From contig OX597833.1 in NCBI GenBank assembly GCA_951406725.2, positions 36,146,001-36,210,000 on the forward strand: a DNA stretch of 64,000 nt, in the 5' to 3' direction. The DNA is from Octopus vulgaris. Taxonomy: Eukaryota. Positions 1-13,124 of the stretch are shown in pieces. Made by a program: the position numbers and the translations under genes. Each line of letters begins with the position of its first letter. Position 1 is the stretch's first letter. The notes beneath the pieces are model-generated. The model saw only the letters and a program-made list of their open reading frames with translations. It was not told where the DNA came from and searched no databases.

Positions 1-1137
1 CCGAACTGCAGTCGTGGATCAAAAAGAGGCCGAGGAAGGGCGAATGGCACCGCGAGTGTCGCGTTGCTCTCAAGCAACTCTGCCGTCCTGGGTCGACCTT
101 AAGTGACTTCAACACAACCAAAGCATTCTATAGGGGTTTAGTGGAGGGGAGGTACGACGACGAGCTCGGGGCGAACCTGGACGTCGACGAGGAGTACCTG
201 ACCCGCCTGTTCAGGACGACTTTCGGGCCAGGGCCCATGGACAACTTCCAGAGATCCCTGGCCTGGCAGTGCTACCGAGAAGCGCTACCCGTTCGGGATA
301 AGCTCTACAGACACGGCTCGAGAAACACGGGGCCGACCTGCCCGAGATGCGGTCAGAGCGACGAAACCGTTCTGCACGCACTCGTTCAGTGTCCAACAAT
401 TTCCGACCTGTGGGCTTGTGTCGAACAACTGCTGTCACGTGTGGGACGAGTCGGTTTATCAGCTGAGTCTATCGTCAATATTGTCACGCCTCCTTCCTTC
501 AAACGGGAAGGAAGAGCTATTTTCATCATCCTTGTGGCTATGGCGAAAGAATGTATCTGGTGGACGCGTCTGAAAGGATTGGAGACAAACACTTTCCTCT
601 CTGGTCAATCTCTCATCAACTTCTTCAAGTACCACTTGAAAAGGAAAGTGAGAGTAGAGAGGCAAGTTTTGTCTAGCGAATGTTTTAAAAAAAGATGGGT
701 GAATGTAGCAAGAATGGCACGTATGAATGACGAAGCCACCTTGAGCATAGTCCTATGAACCCAGAAATCGAAAACAGAGAGTTGCTTATTTGCAAAAAAA
801 AAAAAAAAAAAAAAGAAATATAAAATGTGACTTCATTGACCGAGGTTACCGTGGTCTTTTCCGTAGGCTTTTCTTTCCACGGGTAAACCTCACCTGTCCT
901 CCCCTTTACACTTCATATTGACATTTCTGTGATAACGATCCCTATTGATCAATTTTTTTCCTCCCCCCTTTTTTTTAACTCCCTTTTTTTGTCCTCTTTC
1001 TCTCCTTTTACGATCCCTTTTGATCGAAACTCCCCCCTTCCTTTTTTTTTTTTTTTTTCTAACCCTTCAAAAGAAAAGCTCTACCTTGTAATTTGTTCTA
1101 TCTGTGTGCAGCCCTGTGTGGCTAATAAAGAAACATA
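1..1137 (+). mobile_element. 3' part of a Tx1/L1-clade non-LTR retrotransposon (ORF2 C-terminus + 3' UTR)
   Basis: Frame open from position 3 to 758. It contains an RT-associated zinc knuckle (CPRCGQSDETVLHALVQC) and an L1/Tx1-type AKECIWWTR motif, and is GC-rich relative to the window. The 3' UTR ends AATAAAGAAACATA and runs directly into (TCTA)n. Confidence 0.85.
3..758 (+). CDS. LINE ORF2 C-terminal region (zf-RVT-like), 5'-incomplete at window edge
   Basis: Uninterrupted frame including listed ORF 141..758; CxxC...H...C motif. Confidence 0.8.
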   Translation, partial: ELQSWIKKRPRKGEWHRECRVALKQLCRPGSTLSDFNTTKAFYRGLVEGRYDDELGANLDVDEEYLTRLFRTTFGPGPMDNFQRSLAWQCYREALPVRDKLYRHGSRNTGPTCPRCGQSDETVLHALVQCPTISDLWACVEQLLSRVGRVGLSAESIVNIVTPPSFKREGRAIFIILVAMAKECIWWTRLKGLETNTFLSGQSLINFFKYHLKRKVRVERQVLSSECFKKRWVNVARMARMNDEATLSIVL

Positions 1138-1234
1138 TCTATCTATCTATCTATCTATATCTCTGTCTGTCTGTCAGTAAATCTGTCTGTTTGTCTGTCT
1201 GTGTATCTATCTTTCTTTCTATCTATCTATTGAG

Positions 1235-1300
<66 letters not shown>

Positions 1301-2112
1301 GTCTGTCTGTCTATCTTTCTATATATCTATATTTCTATCAATCTATTTATGTTTTGTACGCATTGTATGTACGTATGCACGTATGTTTGTATGTATGTAT
1401 GTATGTATGTATGTTTGTATGTTTGTATGTATGTATGTATGTATGTATGTATGTATGTATGTTTGTATGTTTGTATGTATGTATGTATGTATGTAAGTAT
1501 GTATGTATGTATGAATGTTTGTATGTTTGTATGTTTGTATGTTTGTATGTATGTATGTAAGTATGTATGTATGTTTGTATGTTTGTATGTTTGTATGTAT
1601 GTATGTATGTATGTATGTATGTATTGTATGTTTGTATGTTTGTATGTATGTATGTATGTATGTAAGTATGTATGTATGTATGTATGTTTGTATGTTTGTA
1701 TGTGTGTATGTATGTATGTTTGTATGTTTGTATGTATGTATGTATGTATGTTTGTATGTATGTATGTATGTATGTATGTAGGTATGTATGATTGCATGTA
1801 TGTATGTATGTATGTATGTTTGTATGTATGTATGTATGTATGTATGTATGTATGTATGTATGTATGTATGTATGTATGTATGTATGTATGTATGTATGTA
1901 TGTATGTATGTATGTATGTATGTATGTATGTATGTATGTTTGTATGTATGTTTGTATGTATGCATGTATGTATGTATGTATGTATGTATGTATGTATGTA
2001 TGTATGTTTGTATGTTTGTATGTATGTGCGTATGTATGTATGTATGTATGTATGTATGTATGTTTGTATGTTTGTATGTATGTATGTATGTTTGTATGTT
2101 TGTATGTATGTA
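1136..2112. repeat. Compound microsatellite: (TCTA)n/(TCTG)n then (TATG)n
   Basis: Direct reading. Confidence 0.97.
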
Positions 2113-2125
2113 TACCATACATACT

Positions 2126-2537
<412 letters not shown>

Positions 2538-2673
2538 GGAGATGTACTCGCATAGCAAGTGATTTGATCTGAGATCGTGTGCTGGAACGAAAACAATTGC
2601 AGCGTGGAAGGTGTTTGTAAGCCATTTAAGAAACACACAAAAGCCGTTCGATTCACTCTAACATTTAAGTTTA

Positions 2674-2724
2674 ATTTGTCAAAATATTTTCGTCGCTAAA
2701 ATCCGCGACCTGTTCATTGACAAA
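2674..2724 (-). ncRNA. Minimal type I hammerhead-like motif with variant core
   Basis: Minus strand: TTTGTCA-ATGAACA-G-GTCGC(ggatttta)GCGAC-GAAA-ATAT-TT-TGACAAA; stems I and II pair perfectly. Confidence 0.5.
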
Positions 2725-2737
2725 AATCCGTGCTGCT

Positions 2738-2841
<104 letters not shown>

Positions 2842-3011
2842 ATATATATATATATATATAAGTTTGACTGCCCTTTCTAGGATGTAAGATGTCCTGTCAA
2901 AAGTCACCTCTCTCATGTATAAATATTTCATGGTTTGTACACACACACACCACACACACACACACACAGACACACATATAATTGGAGGTTGACTATTAAC
3001 AACCACAATTA

Positions 3012-3422
3012 GAATACTCTTGACAAGAGATGCCTGTCTTTTATACCTAATCCCTATAGAATATCTTTTGTATCAAGTAAACATTGAATCTGAATTACTT
3101 TTAATTTTCACGATTGTAGATAACAACTCGAGATGTAACATTTAGGCTCGAGTCAGACGCGTGTGAACAACGTCGAGAGAACGTCTGCTACGAATGATAT
3201 TTTTTGAGACAGGGCACCTCTAAGATCACCGCCAAACGGTGGACGAAAATAAATGAACTGCGACCAAGCTCAATGAAAGAAGGCCGGATTATTGGCTGCG
3301 ATTATATATTTAAAGTTAATGTGGGCAGAAATAAAAATCAGCTTGCAAATACACGTTCACTTTTACTAAATTTATACTCGTGCTAAGTCCGAACAATCCC
3401 AATCCCGTAGTCGACACAGATA
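3012..3422 (-). mobile_element. Partial diverged copy (5' half) of the LTR-like repeat at 13471-14277
   Basis: Reverse complement aligns by eye with 13471-13980 (e.g. TTCACACGCG, TTCATTTATTTTCGT, TAATCGCAGCCAATAA, CTTGTCAAGAGTA). Confidence 0.7.
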
Positions 3423-3431
3423 TAAACACAT

Positions 3432-3553
<122 letters not shown>

Positions 3554-3759
3554 TCTTTTACTCTTTTACTTGTTTCAGTAATTTGACTGCGGTCATGCTG
3601 GAGCACCGCCTTTAGTGGAGCAAATCAACCCCGGGACTTATTCTTTGTAAGCCCAGTACTTATTCTATCGATCTCTTTTGCCGAACCGCTAGCTGACGGG
3701 GACGTTGACGGGGACGTAAACATACCAGCATCGGTTGTCAAGAAATGCTAGGGGGACAA

Positions 3760-3798
<39 letters not shown>

Positions 3799-3970
3799 CA
3801 TATATACGACAGGCTTCTTTCAGTTTCCGTCTACCAAATCCACTCCCAAGGCATTGGTCGGCTCGGGGCTATAGCAGAAGACACTTGCCCAAGATGCCAC
3901 GCAGTAGGACTGAACCCGGAACCATGTGGTTGGTTAGCAAGCTACTTACCACACAGCCACTCCTGCGCCT
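3554..3970 (-). mobile_element. tRNA-derived SINE, family A (internal microsatellite)
   Basis: Reverse complement has head GGAGTGGCTGTGTGGTAAG...GGTTCAGTCC and tail ...GAAACAAGTAAAAGAG; many copies in window. Confidence 0.88.
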
Positions 3971-3987
3971 ATATATGTATGGTTTTA

Positions 3988-4215
3988 TTCTTTTACTTGT
4001 TTCAATCATTTGACTACGGTCATGCGGGAGCACCGCCTTTAGTCGAACAAATCGACTATTCTTTGTACGCCTGTTACTATCTGTATCTTTTGCCGACCCG
4101 CTAAGTTACGAGGACATAACTGCACGAGCATTGGTTGTCAAGCGATGGTGGTTGGTGGGGAGGGACAAATACAAGCCTTTGATCGGCCCAAGGCTGTAGT
4201 AGAAGACACTTGCAC
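3988..4215 (-). mobile_element. SINE family A, degenerate partial copy
   Basis: Similarity to 3554-3970. Confidence 0.7.
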
Positions 4216-4360
4216 AAGAATATATATATATACGTATATATATATTATATACATGCATATATACATACATATATATACATACGTTCATTCTTGTATAACT
4301 ACACATACACACATAATAAATCAAACGAATGGATTTTAGCACCTCAGTAAATCAATATGT

Positions 4361-4415
<55 letters not shown>

Positions 4416-4530
4416 TGTGTGTGTAATGCAGAAGTAGATGGAATAAAGTCGGAACACAACCTGTGTTATTTGAGCAGTGCATCAAATCAAACCTGAACCA
4501 TAAAACAGTGCTAACGTGTGTGCGTATGCT

Positions 4531-4620
<90 letters not shown>

Positions 4621-4621
<1 letters not shown>

Positions 4622-4868
4622 AATGCGCCCTTTTAAAGCCTAGCCAGGCTCATGGGCCCGGTTTCCTGGTTTCTATGGCGTATGTGTTCCCCAGCTGGAC
4701 CGGACTCCAGTCCATCGCAGCGTTACTCGTCTTTGCCAGCTGAGTGGACCGGAGCAACGTGAACTGAAGTGGTTTGCTCAAGAGCACAACGCGTCGCCCG
4801 GTCCAGGAATCGAAACCACAATCTTACGATCATGGTGCTGACACCCAAACGACTAACCCACGCGCCTC
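4621..4868 (-). mobile_element. SINE family B, alternative 3' tail
   Basis: Shares head/core (CTCTTGAGCAA...GCTCCGGTCCACTCAGCTG) with 2126-2422; tail differs. Confidence 0.7.
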
Positions 4869-4914
4869 CACACACACATGTGTGTGTGTGTGTATACATA
4901 CATACATACATACT

Positions 4915-4998
<84 letters not shown>

Positions 4999-5100
4999 GG
5001 AGTAAACACATAAATGTGAAACAAGGTGGAAAAAAGAGTACTCAGACACCAGTGGTAGAGTAATATGCTTTATTTAAAGCATCAGAAAATTCAATAAAAC

Positions 5101-5137
5101 CTGTTACTCTGAGTTTCCGTTGCCGTTCATCGGACAG
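5101..5137 (-). ncRNA. Minimal type I hammerhead ribozyme motif (CCGAUGA core variant)
   Basis: CTGT-CCGATGA-A-CG(gcaa)CG-GAAA-CTC(a)GAG-TA-ACAG. Confidence 0.6.
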
Positions 5138-5152
5138 TTTTTCTAGCAAGAA

Positions 5153-5190
5153 CTATCCGATGAACGGCAACGGGAAACTCAGAGTAACAG
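5153..5190 (+). ncRNA. Minimal type I hammerhead ribozyme motif (mirror copy)
   Basis: CTAT-CCGATGA-ACG(gcaa)CGG-GAAA-CTC(a)GAG-TA-ACAG. Confidence 0.55.
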
Positions 5191-5623
5191 GTTTTGTTGA
5201 ATTTTCTGGTGCTTTAAATAAAGTATATATATATATATATATAATTGGAGGTTGACTATTAACCACCATAATTAGAATAGTATATTCGTCAAGATGTGAT
5301 CAGGTATTTATTGATGAGAGAAATTACTCTTTCGGAATTAGTTCTTTCCTTCGTAAAAGAAATTCGTCGAAAAGAGTTGGGATGGTCAAAGTTTCTGGTA
5401 TTCATTTGTAATCGGGGTGGGCTTTTCGTTTGCTGGGTTGTTAGTTATTTGTGGGAGTGGCTGAATAAAGATTTAAAAGTCACGGGTAGAGGTAGAGAAG
5501 AGAAATATGAATGCTGCTGGAAGCCGAGAGGATGGGGGATAATTAGGGTAAAAAGACAAAAAAGGGACTGGTGAAGAGGGAAGGTGAAAGGTAAGCATAG
5601 AGTAAATAGTTTTAGAGTTTGCG

Positions 5624-5700
<77 letters not shown>

Positions 5701-5791
5701 GAAAGATAGATAGATAGACAGACAGGCATACAGACAGGCAGGCAGACAGACAGGCAGACAGACAGGCAGGCAGACAGACAGACAGACAGGC

Positions 5792-5869
<78 letters not shown>

Positions 5870-5882
5870 GTAGATAGATAGA

Positions 5883-6511
5883 TATGTTTCTTTATTAGCC
5901 ACACAGGGCTGCACACAGACGGGACAAATTACAAGATAGAGCTTTTCTTTTGGGAAAAAAAAATGGGGGTTTGGTTTTCTATCAAAAGGGATTGTAAAAG
6001 GAGAGAAAGAGGAAAGCAAAAAGAAAAGTGGGGGGATAAAAAATAAAAGGAAAAGGAAAAAAGTCGATCAATAGGGATCGTTATCACAGAAATGTCAATA
6101 TAAAGTGTAAAGGGGAGGACAGGTGAGATTTACCCATGGAAAGAAAAGCCTACGGAAAAGACCACGGTAACCTCGGTCAATGAAGTCACATGTTATATTT
6201 TTTTTTTACAAATAAGCAACTCTCTGTATTAAGTTTTACGGTTCATAGGATCATGGTCAAGGTGGCTTCGTCATTCATACGTACCATCCTTGCTACATTC
6301 TCCCATCTTTTTTTAAAACATTCACTAGACAAAACTTGCCTCTCGACTCTCACTTTCCTCTTCAAGTGGTACTTGAAGAAGTTGATGAGAGATTGACCAG
6401 AGAGGAAAGTGTTTGTCTCTAATCCTTTCAGGCGCGTCCACCAGATACATTCTTTCGCCATAGCCGCAAGTATGATAAAAACAGCTCTTCCTTCCCGTTT
6501 GGAGGAAGGAG
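5883..6511 (-). mobile_element. 5'-truncated second copy of the Tx1/L1-like LINE, flanked on both sides by (GATA)n
   Basis: ORF 6243..6515 is nearly identical to the C-terminus of 141..758; same 3' UTR and terminus; (GATA)n at 5624-5882 and 6514-6603. Confidence 0.9.
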
Positions 6512-6529
6512 ACATAGATAGATAGATAT

Positions 6530-6603
<74 letters not shown>

Positions 6604-6607
6604 GCAC

Positions 6608-6775
6608 ATACGACTGGTTTCTTTCAGTTCCTGTCTACCAAATCCAGTAACTTTGGTCGGTCCGAGTTTACACTAGAAGACACATGTTCAAGGTGTTATT
6701 GAGTGTGACTGAACTCGGAACCGCCTGGTTGGGGACCAAATTTCGTACCACAGCCACATAGTCACGCCTGCGCCT
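6608..6775 (-). mobile_element. SINE family A, 5' half, diverged
   Basis: TTTCAGTT..GTCTACCAAATCCA...ACAGCCAC. Confidence 0.7.
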
Positions 6776-7023
6776 ACATTTTATATGCTCGAACAGCTCG
6801 CACAGAATAAAAGATAATCATTTGAAAAGAATCGTGTATACCCATAGAAAAACTTATTCTTCATTTTAAAACTTTCTTGAGTTTTTCCCACGAGTAAGAA
6901 TTCTATTTCATAAACAACAAATTCAGAGAAAATTAATTTATGATATATCTACACATCCGTGCGCGAGCATAAACACACACCTATATGCCTATGTACATAC
7001 ACACACATGCATGTATGCATATA

Positions 7024-7232
7024 CTCTTTTACTCTTTTACTTGTTTCAGTCATTTGACTGCGGCCATGCTGGAGCACCGCCTTTAGTCGAGCAAATCGAC
7101 CCCGAGACTTATTCTTTGTAAGCCCAGTACTTATTCTATCGGTCTCTTTTGCCGAACCGCTAAGTGACGGGGACGTAAATACACCAGCATCGGTTGTCAA
7201 GCAATGCTAGGAGGACAAAAACAGACACACAA

Positions 7233-7305
<73 letters not shown>

Positions 7306-7461
7306 CATACGACAGGCTTCTTTCAGTTTCCGTCTACCAAATCCACTCACAAGGCATTGGTCGGCCCGGGGCTATAGCAGAAGACACTTGCCCAAGATGC
7401 CACGCAGTGGGACTGAACCCGGAACCATGTGGCTGGTTAGCAAGCTACTTACCACACAGCC
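7024..7461 (-). mobile_element. SINE family A, near full length
   Basis: Near-identical to 3554-3970. Confidence 0.9.
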
Positions 7462-7764
7462 AAATCTATATAAATATATAAAGGTGGTGCTCCAGCATGA
7501 CCACAGTCCAGTGACTGAAACTAGTAAAGGGATAAAGAGATATCTGTATGTATGTAGGCATTTATGGCTGTAATTACGCATGAGTATTTTGTCTACCAAT
7601 CTGTGTGTGTGTGTGCGTGTGTGTTTGTGTGTGTGTGTGTGTGCGTGTGCGTGCGTGTATATGTGTGTGTATGTGTTTGTGTGTGTGTTTGTATGTGAGT
7701 GTGTATGTGTGTGTGTATGTGTGTGTATATGTGTGTGTATATGTTTGTGTGTGTCTGTGTGTAT

Positions 7765-7808
<44 letters not shown>

Positions 7809-7985
7809 CTAACTGGTAAAAAAAATTGGGACGCTACTCTGGGGTTTTAAGCAAACTTGGATGAATATGGAATGCAGTGGGGAAGGCAATCTTATTTTTC
7901 ACAATTGAGTGACGGCCGGCCCATGTTTCGATCTTATTAGACTTCTCCAGGGAAACAATTACACGCCCAACCGTTGCAGGAGGGC

Positions 7986-8650
7986 TATGTATGTATGTAT
8001 GTATGTATGTATGTATGTATGTATGTATGTATGTATGTATGCATGAATGCATGTATGTATGTATGTATGTATGTATGTATGTATGTATGTATGTATGTAT
8101 GAATGTATGTATGTATGTATGTATGCATGCATGTATGTATGTATGTATGTATGTATGTATGTATGTATGTATGTATGTATGTATGTATGTATGTATGTAT
8201 GTATGTGTGTATGTATGCATGTATGTGTGTATGTATGTATGTATGTATGTAGGTATGTATGTATGTATGTATGTATGTCTGTATGTATGTATGTATGCAT
8301 ATATGTATGCATGTATGTATGTATGTATGCATGTATGTATGTATGCATGTATGTATGTATGTATGCATGCATGCATGTATGTATGTATGTATGTATGTAT
8401 GCATGAATGTATGTATGTATGTATGTATGTATGCATGCATGTACGTTTGTATGTATGTTTGTATGTATGTATGTATGCATGTATGTATGTATGTATGTAT
8501 GCATGCATGCATGCATGTATGTATGTATGTATGTATGTATGCATGCATGCATGTATGTATGTATGTGTGTATGTGTGCATCTATGTGTGTATGTGTATGT
8601 ATGTATGTATGTATGTATGTATGTATGTATGTATGTATGTATGTATGTAT
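7986..8650. repeat. (TATG)n microsatellite
   Basis: Direct reading. Confidence 0.97.
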
Positions 8651-8678
8651 GTTGCATGCATATATGTATTTATGTGTG

Positions 8679-8865
8679 TAGTGGCTGTGTGGTAAGTAGC
8701 TTGCTTACCAACCACATGGTTTCGGGTTCAGTCCCACTGCGTGGCACCTTGGGCAAGTGTCTTCTACTAGAGCCTCGGGCCGACCTAAGCCTTGTGAGTG
8801 GATTTGTTAGACGGAATCTGAGAGAAGCCCATCGTATATATGTATATATATATGTATATAAATAA

Positions 8866-8935
<70 letters not shown>

Positions 8936-8954
8936 GTATGTATATATATATATG

Positions 8955-8991
<37 letters not shown>

Positions 8992-9221
8992 CTGTGTGTG
9001 TCTGTGTATATGTTTGTATGTGTGTCTGTTTGTCCCCTCAACATCGCTTGACAACCGATGGTGGTGTGTTTACGTCCCTGCAAATTAGCTATTCGGCAAA
9101 AGAGACCGATTGAATAAGTACTAGGCATCCAAAGAATAAGTCCTGGGGGTCGATTTGCTTGACTAAAGGCGGTGGTCCAGCATGGCCACAGTCAAATGAC
9201 AAGTAAAAGAGTAAAAGAATA
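8679..9221 (+). mobile_element. SINE family A with expanded internal (TA)n/(TG)n
   Basis: GTGGCTGTGTGGTAAGTAGC...GGTTCAGTCCC...AAGTAAAAGAGTAAAAGA. Confidence 0.9.
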
Positions 9222-9226
9222 AACGA

Positions 9227-9267
<41 letters not shown>

Positions 9268-9846
9268 TGTGTCTGTGTGTCTCTGTGTGTGTGTGTGTGT
9301 GTGTCTGTGTGTCTGTGTATGTGTATATGATTGTGTCTCTCCCCCACTAATAGTTGACAATCGGTGTTGGTTTCATTATAAAAGAGACTGCAAGAAAAGG
9401 TAGCAGGCTTAAAATAAAAAAAAACTACTGGAGTTTAATTAGTTCGACTACAACCCGTAAAAGCAGTACTCTAGTATGGCCGCAGCCCAAAGACTGAAAC
9501 AATTAAACGATAAAAAGGTAATATACGGGTGTATATTTCTATACCAGCCCATATAATTGAAAGGATGGGGTGTGTGTGTTTATTGTAATTGTGTTTGTGC
9601 ATGCGAGCGTACGTATGTGTGAGTGCATGGGACCACATGCGTGAGCATATTAAAGTGTAGACCCCCGTTTCATTAATGGTACACACCCATCTCTGTAACC
9701 TGTCCACCCCGCTTTCTATTAGTCTGTTGGTTTGTCAAATGATTCGGAAAATTTGAATATTACTTACTTTGCTGTGATTGGTCGAGAAGATTCATGTGAA
9801 AGATAAACGGTAACTAGACAACGCAATACAAAGTCAGAAACTGGAG

Positions 9847-9862
9847 TATGTATGTGTGTATG

Positions 9863-9896
<34 letters not shown>

Positions 9897-9966
9897 TGTA
9901 TGTATGTATGTATGTATGCATGTATGTATGTATGTATGTATGTAAGTATGTATGTATGTATGTATG

Positions 9967-9997
<31 letters not shown>

Positions 9998-10167
9998 GTA
10001 TGTATGTATGTATGTATGTATGTATGTATGTATGTATGTATGTATGTATGTATGCGTGTGTATGCATGTATGTATGTATGTATGTAAGTATGCATGTATG
10101 TATATATGTGTGTGAGTATATGTATGTATGTATGTATGTAATGCATGTATGTATGTATGTGTGTGAG

Positions 10168-10204
<37 letters not shown>

Positions 10205-10353
10205 GTATGCATGTATGTATGTATGTATGTATGTATGTGTGTGAGTATATGTATGTATGTATGTATGTAAGTATGTATGTATGTATGCGTGTGTATGCAT
10301 GTATGTATGTATATATGTATGTATGTATTTAAGTATGCATGTATGTGTGTGAG

Positions 10354-10385
<32 letters not shown>

Positions 10386-10400
10386 TGTATGTATGTATGT
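9847..10400. repeat. (TATG)n microsatellite
   Basis: Direct reading. Confidence 0.97.
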
Positions 10401-10526
10401 GATTGTTCAGTTTTATTTCAAGATTTCTTGCCAATAGAGAAAAAATCGGTTTCTAACCTAGATTCAAGGCTCCTTCATTGGACTTTCAACATCATACATA
10501 CATACATACATACATACATACATACA

Positions 10527-10558
<32 letters not shown>

Positions 10559-11200
10559 CTCACACACATATATACATACATGCATACATACATACATACA
10601 TACATACATACATACATACATACATACATACATACATACATACATACATACATACATACATACATACATACATTTGTGTGTTTTGCTTTATGTATATATT
10701 CTCATGCATATAGTTGTATATCTAAACATGCTCATATATATTTAAATGATAAGTTTCTAGAAAGTTTTACAGAGTTCTATAGTTCCAGTGCTGGATTGAA
10801 TTTGTAGTCATCGAATTAGCTTTCTCCATTCTGGATTCGAGAAGCCTAATTTCTCAAGGTTGGTATTTAGGCAGTGTGTTACATATCCCAGGGCCCCAAT
10901 AATTACAGGTATAAACCTGAACATGTAATCTGGATAGAGTAACTGCGGATTTCTCAATAGTTCAGTGTAGGTATTCTCTTTTTCCCTGATCTTCAGCTTT
11001 ATGTTAACATCCGCTGGGAAGCTGTTTTCCACAACTGTGCACACAGTTTCTCTTCTCTATCCCAAATCATTATATGAGGTCTGTTGTGCTTACATTTTAT
11101 TGAGGTCTTCATTGGTATATTTCACCAGCATTCCTTTTTCATTATGAGTGACTATGGCTTCTACCATATTGTTGGTTCTTATTTCTTTGTCCTCGGGGTT
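10401..11200 (-). mobile_element. 5'-truncated R4/Dong-clade non-LTR retrotransposon (restriction-like endonuclease + 3' UTR)
   Basis: Minus strand: KCKHNRPHIMIWDREEK..CTVVE..PADVNIKLKIREKENTYTEL...IPVIIGALG...GTIELCKTF. 3' end GAAATAAAACTGAACAATC then (ACAT)n. Confidence 0.8.
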
Positions 11201-11252
11201 ATGTATGTATGTATGTATGTATGTATGTATGTATGTATGTATGTATGTATGT

Positions 11253-11531
11253 ACCCTCCATATTTACTAGATATTGCTCCTTCGGATTTACACTTGTTCA
11301 GGTCTCTGCAGAATAGTCTTAATGGTAAAAATTTCAATTCCTTGGATGACGTAAAAAGATATCTTGATGAATTCTTTGCCATGAAATCACCTCGATTCAT
11401 GTTAAAGGAAAGATGGAGACGCATTGCGTAACAAAATGGTTCATATTTGTTTGATTAAAAATGTAATGGCAAGTATTTATTGACCTTTTTCTTTCCTTTA
11501 AAAATCAGCACGAACTTTCCGGACAACCCAA
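11253..11531 (+). mobile_element. mariner transposon 3' fragment with right TIR
   Basis: YPPYLLDIAPSDLHLFRSLQNSL (YSPDLAPSDYHLF-like); ends CGAACTTTCCGGACAACCCAATA. Confidence 0.85.
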
Positions 11532-12151
11532 TACATATGCATTTATACATGTATGTATGTATGTATGTATGTATGTATGTATGTATGTATGTATGTATGT
11601 ATGTATGTATGTTCACATGTATGTATGCATGTTTTATGTATGTATACGTATACGTATATATTTGGGTGGTCACATCCATATGTTAACAGGTATGTATATG
11701 CTGTTGTAAGTCTGTATGTGTGCAACAGTTGTGAATGATATGTTGGTGTTAGAGCCGATATATGTACAGGAAAAGCCTAAGATAACTTTATTCTATGAGT
11801 GTGTATATCTGTCAGTGTTTGTTTAAGTCAGTGTTCGATTCGGTCATTGGACGGCGGGCATTGTGGGGTACCGCTTTGTAAGGTGTAGTCGAACGAATTA
11901 ACTCCTGTACTTATTTCTAGTTTCAGACTGGTACTTATTTTATGCATGTTGTGTCGAAACAAAAAAGCGACGGGGATGTACACAAGCCAACACCGGTTGC
12001 CAAACGGTGATGGGGACAAACAAACTCTCATATATTTACACATACACACATATATTCACACACACACACACTTACAAACACACACATATACCTTCAAATA
12101 TACATGTGTGTATGTATATACATGTGTATATACACACATTCATGTATATAT

Positions 12152-12275
<124 letters not shown>

Positions 12276-12645
12276 ATATATAAGACCTTAAAAGCCATAA
12301 TAAGACTAGTTGCTCAAAGACGTAAATCTAATATTCTTTCTTTTCTTTTCCTTTCTGAGTTTCTATTCACCCTTCTACTTTCAATATCAACCTTTCTTCT
12401 TTTTTATCGTGATTTCTCATGTACCAGTGTCATGATTTTCAAACAGAACTCACCATGTGCTTAAATATTGCTTGGAGACACAGGACGTGTTATAAAAACC
12501 TACCTAGACACACACGTGTCTCCACAACTAGAAACTATTAGTAGCTTGGTTTTTTTATATTTATATTTTATATTTATCCTTCACTAGGTGGAATACATTT
12601 TTATTGCTAATATTACCTTAACGAAACAGTAAACTATGCATGCAT

Positions 12646-12681
<36 letters not shown>

Positions 12682-13124
12682 CCGACTCCTACAAACTACG
12701 CAACTCCATTATTCCACCCTCTCTTGTCCTCTTACCCCTACTGCCAACTCTATCATTTTTACTGCTCCTTCCGCATCTTTTCTGCACCCATCTATCTGCC
12801 CAGTTCATGGTTCTTTGTTCGTCTACCCTTCAACCCTTCTCATTTACTAATCTGCTTCTCCATCCCCTCATTCTCATTCTCATACAATCTTTCAAACCAC
12901 CCACCTAATTCTACTCTGCATGTGGCTTGATAGGGGCCACCTAGGCACCTTATCACCATTTCCTATCTCATATAGCACCTGCTGATCTTTTTCTCTTTCT
13001 GTCTCTCCCATTTCCGCTGCCAGGTATGAGTACCCATGCAGACCTCTCAACAAGAACCTGCACCCACCTCCTTCAGGGTCCGTAAACTTCAGGGGCTGTC
13101 CCAATAACAACCTCAATAGTGAAG

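Larger units (their letters stand above)
4996..5228. mobile_element. Short foldback element in (TA)n, probably an inverted-truncated PLE pLTR fragment
   Basis: 5063-5140 and 5150-5228 are near-perfect inverted repeats; each arm has a hammerhead-like motif followed by AATAAA. Confidence 0.7.

Noticed and set aside
12465-12550. GAAA-CTA-T-TAG-TA resembling hammerhead stem III
   Set aside because: No convincing CUGANGA core or stem I at the right spacing
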